DNA of 57,737 nt from Tubiluchus corallicola. Taxonomy: Eukaryota > Animalia > Priapulida. Of the stretch, positions 36,849 through 49,100 are shown piece by piece (position 1 is the stretch's first letter; the number at the start of each line of letters is the position of its first letter). The translations under genes and the position numbers were made by a program. The notes beneath the pieces are model-generated. The model saw only the letters and a list, made by a program, of their open reading frames with translations. It was not told where the DNA came from and did no database searches. The stretch spans positions 36,829 through 94,565 of the forward strand of contig JAQGDQ010000798.1 in the NCBI GenBank assembly GCA_030141605.1, written 5' to 3'.

Positions 36849-37826
36849 ATTAGTAAAAATATTGTTCTTCACTAATAAAAAATGGAAAATGTATAACTAT
36901 TTCTTTGCTCGTTTTTTTATTATCTGTGTTGAGCTTACCAAAATATTTCTAGCCTTGTGTTGAGTAATGTGATAAGCACGTACACATCTGATTTGTTTGT
37001 TTAGAAATGGGATTTCCTATTACTAGTAAGCTATACTCTTCCCACATAAAGAAATTAATAAAACCCCTGTGTATGTGATGTCATCAATACATTTTAGTCA
37101 AACTTGCCCACTAGACAGAGAAATGAACTCATCTTCTCTTCATGACTACTCAGAGGAGCTGTAAGCATTAACTGTTAATAATGTGCATCCATGCAGGTTT
37201 AAACAGTACAGTAACTTTTTTCTTTTCTGTATTCATTTGACGAGAAATCAAGTGTGATTTAAAAATTACATCAATTTTGCCATGGCTGTGGAATTTTACT
37301 TTGCCAAAGGTCAATCAAATCCCTAATTACGTCCCAAACCCATACCGTGGCCAGCATATGAATGCTGGTCTGATGTAACACTTGCAGCAGTGATCCTAGG
37401 CTAGGCCCTGTTTCACATCTCGTTATTACCAGTTTAGTGACTGGAGAAACAGGACCATTAATTTATCTCAGTGAAAGTTTTGTAAAATCGGCCTCTGAAG
37501 TTTGCATCTATGGTAACAGTGGCATGGCACAATGCTTGAATATAATAATGGATAACTTCAGAAAATTACTACAATCAAACGTCTTTATACGGCCTACTTT
37601 AGGACTGCTAAAAGTTGGCATTATAGCAAGTTTGGAATTACAACAAGGAGCATTAATACATACATTTCTATGCAAATACAGGCATTTTGTTCTAAAAATT
37701 TGGGCGCTAAGCAAGTTTGCCATTATGAGGGGGGGGGGTCATCGTTATAACCATGTTTGACTGTAGCATAATCACAAGAATCAAGTTTTTTTGTTCGTTT
37801 CTTTTCATCCTATACTCAGCATCATA

Positions 37827-38297
37827 CAGTCAACCTCGAGTATAAGGTAGTGCTTATAAGGGATACTCGCTTATAACGGACCACAAATACCGGTGCCGAT
37901 TTTTTGTAACGTTTTTCCTATGTAAAAATCTTCGTATACAAGGTACTCGGATATAAGGGACCTTCGGTTAAAAAAGACGTCTTCAGATCCTGCGTAATAG
38001 AAACCCAGGTAAATTACCTCGCATATAAGGGACCCCATGATCAAAGCAAAATCGATCGATTTTTAACCTCAATTTTTTGCAAGCTCGGTTTTCAAACATC
38101 TCAGTTGACGCGGTCACATACATCTCGCATCACTGAAGGAGCTTCTTACATACCGTTTGCACTCAATGTGTAGCAATAATCAATAAAAATATGGGTAAAA
38201 GTGCAGAAAAGTACTGGTCTAGATACACCCTCGGTCTGACTCAACTTCGGCTACAAGAGACCGGTCCGAAGGTGTCCCTTATATCCGAGGTTGACTG
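37827..38297. mobile_element. Tc1/mariner (pogo/Tigger-like) MITE
   Basis: TIRs CAGTCAACCTCG and CGAGGTTGACTG, flanked by TA on both sides; internal TATAAGGG subterminal repeats. Confidence 0.88.
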
Positions 38298-39438
38298 TAT
38301 TTGGAACATTCTGTTCACTTTACAAAACTGTTAGCAAATTAAACATTTACAAGAATTGTTTTTTATACCAAGGCCATTTATTATTACATAATTAATGAAC
38401 TAAACCTACAGGTTAGAAATAAATAGCTTTGATGATAATACTAATAAGTAGATATTCACAATGACAGTCAATGATATACACACTAGAGCATAAAACAGAT
38501 TGTAATAAATTAACACCAGCAAAGCTCATTCTAGATAACAGTGATGTTGTTTAAAAGTAAACAAACTGCGAAATTGTAAACAAATTATAAATGCATGATT
38601 AATGAGGACACCTTGAGTGGGATTAAATAAATGATTAAATTAATCATCAGTTGACGTACCCGGCGAATCAAAATCATACAGCACAACCTTTACAAATTTA
38701 ATTGAAATTTAACGTAGCCTACAAATTCATTGTCAATAATCGTTTAAAAACAAAAGTTCATAATAGTTAAATGGCCACCGTAAGACAGTTAATTTAGGTA
38801 GCATCATTGTTCATTTTAGAATCACACAGGATATAGTCAGTACTAGTGTTATTCACAGTAAAACAAGAAGATTCCGCATGCGGAATCGCAATTACACAAA
38901 TCTAAAACGATTAGCCCGCAAAATTACAACATAGCTGCACCAGAGTTGAGTCAATCCTTGTCCGGTTCCATTCACTGTCCATTTGGTGCTGCTATATTGT
39001 ACGTTGATTGGAATATTACAGTCTACAATGAAAAAGGAAGACGGCCGATTCATCAGTAGCTAACAATAATAATAATACACGTACTAACTCATGATTGTAA
39101 CACAAATATGATGACTCTACACACATTTGAGACGTCCTACGCTGATAATATAGAAAATATTTACAACTGAATACGAACAGGCCCGGCACGGTTCAAAACC
39201 GTGATGAAAATTTCACGTTACTAGTTATGATGGCAGTGCAAGTCGACAGCACGTAGACGGGAATGTTTGAATTTCAAACGGTTTGGACACGAGACAGAAT
39301 AAAATAACGTTGACCCAAGGCACAGGCTGGCATAAATAAAGTATGCTAAGTTGCAATATAAATAGACATAGTTGCCATCGAGCCAAACACATCAGCAATA
39401 CATACAAAGAGCAGCTCAAATTGGGAGATCATTATTCG

Positions 39439-40137
39439 CTATTCTTTTTCCAACTCTTCCTCGACATTGTCTTTTGCGGGGACGTCACTACACTCGGCTT
39501 TTTCAGATGCCACCTCAACGGTCGTCTCCTCCATAGCAGCCATCTCCTTAGCAGCTTCTCCGCTTTCTTGTAAACTCTCCTCCTCCCGAGGTTGTTTCTT
39601 TCGACGATTTCGTTCGGAGAGCGCCTCGCGTAACTCTTTCTCTACCAAATCTGCAGCATCCGTCGCACCTTTTGAAGAATGTGAGTCAACGTCACTAGTT
39701 TTGTTAGCCGTTTCCGTCGCTGTTGTTGTTGACGCATTGTCGAGCAAGGATGCAAAAGACGTCGGCATGCTGGAGGGGAGATTGAATCCGCCGAGACCGT
39801 GGGCGGTGAACAGGGGATTCATCATGAAACCAGTCGGAAATATCATCGGTAAAGACGTGGGGACGGAGGAAGAACTGCCGTCTTTATCATCCTTGCTCAT
39901 GGCCAGGCTGCCGGGTGGCAACGGTAAGCCGTAGCCAGGCAAGAAAGGATTTGCATAGCCTTGTAAACCCAAGTATGGCAAACTCATGCCCGGATATGCA
40001 GCCATTAGGTTGGACAATGCAGCGAGGTTACTCGTAGACGGGAAGATACTGCTATCACTAGGAGGTTGTCGGTCAGTGACACGAGTTCGGCGTCGTCCAG
40101 TTTTCACTCGCCCCTTCATTGCTTCTGGCAAATGCGC
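39439..40137 (-). CDS. CHD7: CHD7-like terminal coding exon
   Basis: [10 protein letters not shown]...[15 protein letters not shown]...ELEKE followed by a stop; continues from BRK2. Confidence 0.9.
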   Translation of the reverse strand, partial: AHLPEAMKGRVKTGRRRTRVTDRQPPSDSSIFPSTSNLAALSNLMAAYPGMSLPYLGLQGYANPFLPGYGLPLPPGSLAMSKDDKDGSSSSVPTSLPMIFPTGFMMNPLFTAHGLGGFNLPSSMPTSFASLLDNASTTTATETANKTSDVDSHSSKGATDAADLVEKELREALSERNRRKKQPREEESLQESGEAAKEMAAMEETTVEVASEKAECSDVPAKDNVEEELEKE

Positions 40138-43100
40138 CTGTAACAGATCAGAATAAAAACATAATTCTACAATTATATATTTCCGGTTGTATGCTACGAA
40201 TACAACCCAAATAGCCCTTAATTTAATGTTAATTTTGCTCGATACAAAACAAAGAATAAATGTATTTTCTATAGCAAACTGAAATTTAATATGATCAATA
40301 AATGTGAAAAAGAAAGATTTATTGAGACTCTAAGAATAGTACAATATATCAGCAACTTTGTTGAGTCTACATACTTTCAGCATTAATAATGATGTTCTTA
40401 TTGGCTTCTCTTCCACAATTTAGCCAAATTTAGGCAACATCAGCTTATAACCGGAATATTTTATTCCATAACTGGATCATCCAATGAAGCCAAGGTTACA
40501 AAAAACCTCAAACCAGCAATAAATGTGTGAATTAAAGCATCAAAATAAAAAATTGTTATTTTAGTTGCTTTCTAAAGAATACAGTTTTTGAATTTCACTG
40601 ATTTTCAGTCTTTGCCTGACGATGATTTTTTGCAATATTTTGCCTTGCACTTTTTCATCGATCATACTGAATTTTAGTTTGTTAACAAAAATGCATTTAT
40701 TCTGAGTTATCTATATTTATTAAGACTTTCGGTAGAGGTTTTTCCTGCATAGTCGATGTAACATTGTTCAACATAATTTGGCAAATGCTCTGCAAACCCC
40801 GCTACTAACAATGCAGGTTCTTTCTCAAACCTGGCGAAGCATTACCTTGGCTTTAACGATATGAGCCCATTTAGGATCGACATCGTACTCCGGGTTCTTA
40901 CGTAGCCACTCTGCCAGGTGTTTCATTGGTGGTGCCTTTCTTCCAGTTATCTAAAACAAGAAAATTATTTACAACAACTGGATTCAGCAATTAAAGTACA
41001 GTAAAACAGCCAAAAATACGGCATACATACAATGTTGTGAAATGTTCATTTTACGCCACAACTCCTGCATTCATACAATGTTGTGAAATATTCATTTTAC
41101 GCCACAAATGCAGCATTCATACAATGTTGTGAAATGTTTATTTTACACCACAAATGCAGCATTCATACAATGTTGTGAAATGTTTATTTTATGCCATAAA
41201 TGCAGCATTCATACAATGTTGTGAAATGTTCATTTTATGCCATAAATGCAGCATTCATACAATGTTGTGAAATGTTTATTTTATGCCATAAATGCAGCAT
41301 TCATACAATGTTGTGAAATGTTTATTTTATGCCATAAATGCAGCATTCATACAATGTTGTGAAATGTTTATTTTATGCCATAAATGCAGCATTCATACAA
41401 TGTTGTGAAATGTTTATTTTATGCCATAAATGCAGCATTCATACAATGTTGTAAAATGTTTATTTTATGCCATAAATGCAGCATTCATACAATGTTGTGA
41501 AATGTTTATTTTATGCCACAAATGCAGCATTCATACAATGTTGTGAAATGTTCATTTTACACCATAAATGCAGCACTCATACAATGTTGTGAAATGTTCA
41601 TTTTACACCATAAATGCAGCATTCATACAATGTTGTGAAATGTTTATTTTATGCCATAAATGCAGAATTCATACAATGTGTAGTGAAATGTTTATTTTAT
41701 GCCATAAATGCAGCATTCATACAATGTTGTGAAATGTTTATTTTATGCCATAAATGCAGCATTCATACAATGTGTAGTGAAATGTTTATTTTATGCCATA
41801 AATGCAGCACTCATACAATGTTGTGAAATGTTTATTTTATGCCATAAATGCAGCATTCATACAATGTTGTAAAATGTTTATTTTATGCCATAAATGCAGC
41901 ACTCATACTATGTTGTAAAATGTTTATTTTATGCCACAAATGCAGCATTCATACGATGTTGTAAAATGTTCATTTTATACCACAAATGCAGCATTCATAC
42001 AATGTTGTGAAATGTTTATTTTATGCCATAAATGCAGCACTCATACAATGTTGTGAAATGTTTATTTTATGCCATAAATGCAGCATTCATACGATGTTGT
42101 AAAATGTTTATTTTATGCCACAAATGCAGCACTCATACTATGTTGTAAAATGTTTATTTTATGCCACAAATGCAGCATTCATACAATGTTGTGAAATGTT
42201 TATTTTATGCCATAAATGCAGCATTCATACAATGTTGTAAAATGTTTATTTTATGCCACAAATGCAGCACTCATACAATGTTGTAAAATGTTTATTTTAT
42301 GCCACAAATGCAGCATTCATACGATGTTGTAAAATGTTCATTTTATGCCACAAATGCAGCATTCATACAATGTTGTAAAATGTTTATTTTATGCCACAAA
42401 TGCAGCACTCATACAATGTTGTGAAATGTTTATTTTATGCCATAAATGCAGCATTCATACAATGTTGTGAAATGTTCATTTTACAACTTACCTTTTGTCC
42501 AGTTAACCGATTAACGACCGAAACATTCTCTTCTCCGGTAACCTTGTTAGGATCTAGAAGGGCGGGGTCCACTCGATGTCGCCGCCGGTGCCTTTTGTCA
42601 TCAAAGCCCTAAACAGAAAAAAATCTCGACACATTCCTTAAAACAACTAACAACCCTAAAAAGTATGCAGTAAGTTTCTCAAAAAAAAATGTTACAGATG
42701 CAAATATTTTGCAAATTTGAACACAACAACAATGTTAAAAAATGACAAAATTATGAAAGCATTCGTTTTCGCACGTCAAGTCGTAACTGAAAACGCATAC
42801 GTGGAATGAGTGACACTGCTGTACAGAAGCTGAAAATGCGTATCCTTAACTCTACAATACAAAAACGTTTGAACAGTGAAATCAAAGAGATATTCAAACA
42901 GTACCTTGGCAGAATGTGGAGAGAACAAGTCCGAAGAAACGACGTATCGAGGATGGTCCCTCAACCACTGGTCAATGTTACGTTGAGTAGGTGCCGCTTC
43001 ACCGCGCAGTATAGAGCCGTCCTCTATATTTATCACAGGTATATGGATTTCATCTACAAAAACGCCAACATTTCATTCATTAGCAACGATACGTATGAAA

Positions 43101-46100
43101 CTGACACATCTCATTAAGAAAAGCAGTGTTTCATCAAGCTCAGGTGACTATATTGTGCATGGACAATTAGAAGATTTTAATTAAGAAGGCAAGAAATAAT
43201 GCCTAAGGTATTGGAAGAGCACTGCAAGTCATACGCTGGAATATTGCAGAGAGAGAAGTGAAGATCTGGCTGTAAAAAAGTGTGCAACAACTAAAAACCA
43301 TTTTAAAGGCAATTTCAAACAACGGTTTAAATACAGGCATATATTGCATATATAAAAGCTCATTGCCGACGCATTTTCAAAAACCAAACAGACAAAAGTC
43401 AACATAATTGTTCAAATTTCTTCAATTGTTAAACAAGACACTTTATTTAATATATTTCTGACTATCAAGACATGAACTAAGAAATTTTTTCTTCAAACTT
43501 CTAAAGTATTGCTTTCTAGCTATGTCTTCATGAATACCTTGTTTTTGGTCCATTGAAGAATGTCCCACAACGGGTGACATAGGTTTACGTACAGCTGACA
43601 AATCCGCTCGCTCGGCCGCGTGTAACGCCAGCGCCATATCATCCACGTCCTTCCGCTTACGACGTTTCGACAGCTGCTCTATCTCGTCGACGAGCTGCTG
43701 ATGCCGCTTCATCAGTTCGTCCTCGTCTAGACCGGATCGCTTCTGCACGTGCAGGTCTAGCACCCCGCTGCCACCGTTAACAGCAGCTTCAGCGTCTAGA
43801 AAAAAAAAACAAGAAATCACTGATACAACATGTGAAGAGTGGTCAAAATACTCAAACTCATATTATTATTAATACCAGTTACTGGCTTTGCGCAAAGAAA
43901 AGTGAGATTTCGAAGTCAGTACAGGCATATTTCAGCTCACACAATAGATGACACAAGTTCTCAGATACACGTAGCTTTATACGTGCAAATACATGCATTA
44001 ATCTGTTTCTTAACTTTGGACCAGGGATGAGAATGACAAATTGCAAAAAACTCTGAAACAGGCCGCGGGTTTTCGTGCAATTTTGTGACCATAGAGAACC
44101 TCTAAGTGGAGTTAAAATATCAATTACCTTGTTTCGTGCATAATTTAAAATACCCAACTATCAAGGATACATGATACCTAATTGTCTCAAAAATGCCTAA
44201 GTACTGGCCGCTCCTACGTGAAAGTATATAAAAACTGTCTGCAATTGACTCAAATAACTCTGCACAATTGATTCTATATTTTTATACATAGAGATATACA
44301 CGTGGTTACACTGATGTACATGATGTAAACAAAGTGACGGCCTGCCAACTAGCGGTCTGCTTGTGAAATAATGTACTGGGTCCGTAAAAATTTTCTCAAC
44401 GAATTTACGCGATTTACGAAAATGGCACTACTGGTCTTCCAAAAACTCTGAATTCCGCGTATCCGCAGAAAATTCTCATCCCTGCTTTGGACGTGACTAA
44501 ACTGAGTTATCACTTATACTTCTCGAACAACTTCAAGGACGGATTAAACGTTTTTTCGAAATCATGTTTCAGTTTTCCTTTGAATCAATCATACAATGCC
44601 AAACACAAAGAATCAGGCCAAGAAGCAAAAGTTAAAATGGCAGCAAATTTGTATTCACTATAACAACGTAGGCCTAAAGCTAGTTTTAAGCTTGTAAACA
44701 GTAAAAACAAACGCGCAACTAAAACAAGCAAACATCCGTCTAAAACAAAGACACAAACACATTAAGTGCAGGCCAGGCTTACTGTGTGTGGGCTTTGAGC
44801 TTTGATGAGCTGCCGGAGGATTGAGAACTTTGCTCTCCCTGCTTTCCTCTTCAGTCTGTTGCATGCCATGCAGCTTAGCGACTGCAAAAATAAACATTTA
44901 CGTAAGCACAATCATGCTTAATAACCACAAAAGTAAACAGCAACAAATAACGTCGGTAGAAAAATTTGTCAATACAGTGTTCCTTCACTACTTCGCGGTT
45001 CGTTTATCGCGGGTTTTTGCGGTACTCCGTCTAAAGTATTTTTGCACATGCGTAGTACGTATTGTACAGTAATGTATAGATTTGATGAATTTTGCATAAA
45101 ATATTATAAATCATGAATAATTACCACTTGCAGTAAATAGTGCATTTATTCGGCGGATGAATATACACCAAAAACGAAATGTAGTACTTGCGCCAGCTTG
45201 AGATGCTACTTGCCGACGTGAGATTGTACACAACACATGATTGGTTGATTGATGGAATGTAAAATAATGTATAACTACTAAAATAAGTATAGCGTCCCTA
45301 CTTCACGCAAATTCACTTATCGCTGGTGGGCCTAGAACGGAACACCCGCTATAAGGGAGGGAACACTGTAGATTTCCAAAGAGAGCAATCTGCCTCTTCG
45401 TGTCAGTCAACAAAATGTATCTCAAAGCGGTAAGAAATATAAAGAGATGACAAAGTACACAGGCTGTTGGAAAAAAACAAGTGCACTAAGAAATTTTAGT
45501 AGCAGCAGATAATATTGACTTCGATTAAATATACGTTATGAGTAATGAGAAAAAACAGATCAATATTCCTTGAAAATAGCAACAAATCTTGCCACACTTT
45601 TTCTCTGAATCCAATTCTTTCTTGTTCCTTGAAAATTCAAACCTCCACTAAAGACATACAGCGAGCACTTACCGTATTTATTCGAGTACAACGTGCAAAA
45701 TTTTCTACTTAAATAAGAACTCAAAGTTTGGGTGCGCGTTATAAACGCGGGCTGGGGTGACACACGCTTAGATGTATCAATATCAGCAGACTTTGTCAGA
45801 CCGAGGCAACGTCTAGACGGTGCCTGGCCCCCGGAAATCGAGCAGCTAGCCGAGACTTCACTGTACCACAGACGAATGTTAGAGACTGGAGTTGTTCAAC
45901 AACGCACGTGTTCAACAACGTTTGTCACTTACAATGCTGGGTCTGAATCGAGAAAAAGTGAAACAAAATTTTATACCGATTTTTAATCGAAAATTAGGGG
46001 TGCGCGTTATACACGTGTGCGCGTTATACTCGAATAAATACGGGCAACAACTTCTTATCACAAACCATGCCACCCAACGAAGTCAAAAAGAGCAAGAAAT

Positions 46101-49100
46101 GTTCATGAAAATGTCAAAATACGATGTCAGTTAATCGATCGTTACACATCATGATGTCAGCTTTCTCATTTCAACAACAATGAAGAAACTATATCACGAA
46201 AAGCATGAATAGTAAACTCACTTCTTGATATGGCATCTTCAAGTTTCTTCTTTCGTTTCACTGGTAAAGCAGGCTCTGATTGACTCGATGACTCCTGCAA
46301 CAATGTTAAATACTGTTCAAATTCAATAACATAGAAAAAATGCAATAAAATGGGTCATTAGCAATGTAACATATGTAAATTATGAGAGAGTAAAAATGAA
46401 GAAAAATACTAGCTAATATTTACGTTAAAATTAAACTTTACCGTCTTTATTCAAATTCAAATTCAGTTTATTTCACCAGCAAAAAAGCAAACTATAATAA
46501 TACATGTACAACATTTTTGTATATTTGAAAAAACAACAACAAAAATAAATTTTGACTCCTTAAACAGACTATATTAAAGTGTTGAAGTCTGCTGCATAGT
46601 AGCTATAAAGGGAACCTTCTTAAGCCACCACGAAATGTGAAATAAAGAATGAAGAAAAAAAGAGAACGAGAATAAAGTTGCAGTTAGTAGAAAGAAAACA
46701 GAAGGAAAGTCAAAAGAAAACATAAAATAAGAAACCGATGACCATGTTCTGATTAGCTGTAACTTATTTTTAGCAGGAAACCATCAAACGATGATGTTTT
46801 GGTTTAATCTACACACGTCGCATACACATCAAAACAAATGGTTATTTCAGTTAGCTCCGCCAAACATTATACCTGAGAGAGTTTTGGAATAGTCGGTAAA
46901 ACACTTAAAGGCGTTGAGCTTCTAGGTGTAGAAGCCGCAGAACTCACTTCAATTCGACTGTACTCGGAGTACGATGTCGGTGTGCCGCTGCCCGGTGTTC
47001 CCAGGGGCGTGGCTGCGTACTGAGACCCAAGTGGAGCAGCTGCGTACTGCGGGGGAAACATCGGAGGCCTGGCCGGCCACTGTCCATGCTCCACGCAGTA
47101 GGACAAGTGCTCAATCCGATGCATCAAAACTTTATCCTGATAAAAATGTTTATAATGACTTTATTATTTTAATTAAAATTATGTGAACTCAAATTACATC
47201 AATAGCATCAATTACACATTTGTAATTTGTAATTTATTATCACTTCAGCAAGTATTTTCACATTACAATTTGCATTATCATCTTTAACTATTATGCCCTA
47301 TAACTAGAAAATGAAATACAGTTACAATAATTGTAACAGAACTACATTAGTATACTATAGCATCATATAGTTAGGGAAAAAATTCCAAATATAATTAGAA
47401 AAATTTAAGAGAAGTGTACTAACATAGTTACTAAACTACGTAATAGTTTGTCAACAAGAAATAGATGCTGCATGGTGGTCAAGAAGCAAAGCTTGTAAGA
47501 CCACCATGAATTGTTAGTGCCCGTAAAAATACAATTGAATTCTTTCTACTGATGCACATCTTAAAATTAGTGCAGCAATAATGAAAATCTGTCAAACTTA
47601 TTGTGCCACCCATAGTAAACAAGCCAGATGTATATCTTTGACTGCCAACTTTGACTTTTGCTTCACGTGATCTGAACCAACGACTTTTTTTCTAAATATT
47701 CACACACACAGAGACAAAGGGGGGACAATGACTGAACGAAACTGATCAATAAATCCACACGACTTGAAACTAATTTATGTCATAAGGTAGCTTATTTTCT
47801 GCTTCCAAAAAATACACAAAAATCTTACTAAATGGATTTACCTGTAGTACATAACTTGTAAGACTAATAAGCAAGCTAGCAAGTTTTTTTTTCTTTTCTT
47901 TTTTCTCCTCATCTCCTAAGTAATTGTTGATCTTTCTCATACTTACTTTTTCTCTTAAATTTTCTCTTTCAATATTACACTTTTTTGATGCTTTTTTTTC
48001 TCTCCATACTCTCAGTTTTTAACTTTACTTACTAACCTTGGTCAAATTCCCCTGTTAATAAGACCCCATTTGAAACTACTACATATAATAATCCCAATTA
48101 CTGAATAATTGCATTGTTTTGTTTAGATTTTGGTATCTAACTTTTATTCTTTTGTTTTCAGTTCTTTTTGGATAACTTGTATCATTTATACTGTTATTAT
48201 TATTATTTTTTCTTATTTATTTTTGTTATCTGCAGCATCACCATTAATTTTTAATATAGTAATCTATTTATAAGAAAGGGCAGGAGACTAGATGGCCCTA
48301 TGGTCCTTCCCTGCCCTACTCCATGATTATAATTACTTAATATTTAAAAAACTTTTGATGTTAAACTAACTGGAGAAAATAAATGCTCTATGTCTGTGTC
48401 TGTGTCTGTGTCTGTGTCTGTGTCTGTGTCTATGTCTATGTCTATGCCTGTACAATTGCTCACCCTGTGATTCTACTCTGTTTGTAACTTAAACAATTTT
48501 GTTACTGTCACACAAAAATTTTAATTAAATATATGTATAAGCAAATGCATATCAAAGTTAAATGTATATTTTCACTAAAAATATAAACAAATATGCTGCC
48601 TAATTTAGATGCAATACTGGCAGTGTTTAAGCAACACATGCTAAATGTTTTACTAAAAGGCCAGCAGACGGCAGCACTAATCACCATAATTTTGATGCCA
48701 CTTTTTCTTCTGTCACTTACGAATTCATAGCGAAAAGTGTCTGGGGTAGATTAATTTACTGAAGTTAAAAAAGTACCGAAATTTAAAATTGTGTTATAAT
48801 TTTGTCACAAAACTGGGTATTGCAACTGAGTAAATCTTGTCAGACAACTAAATAATGAAAGCTTTACGAGCAATCACTAGAGCTTACCTTGGGCCACCGA
48901 ATCGGATTATGAATAGAATGTGCCAGTAACTGAGCTACAGTTGGTTCATTATCAGATTCGTTGGTGATAAAACTAGTTTGACTATCATCATCCATCAGTG
49001 GAGAGCTCTGTAAATGCAGCAAGGTAAATAAATTGCAAATTTAGTTGACACTCGATTATCTGTAAAAAATAACAAATTGAAAACATGCGAACTCTACAAC

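Noticed and set aside
37740-37765. Orphan Tc1/pogo-like right end (TTTGACTGTA)
   Set aside because: No partner TIR was located, and it is too short to call an element.
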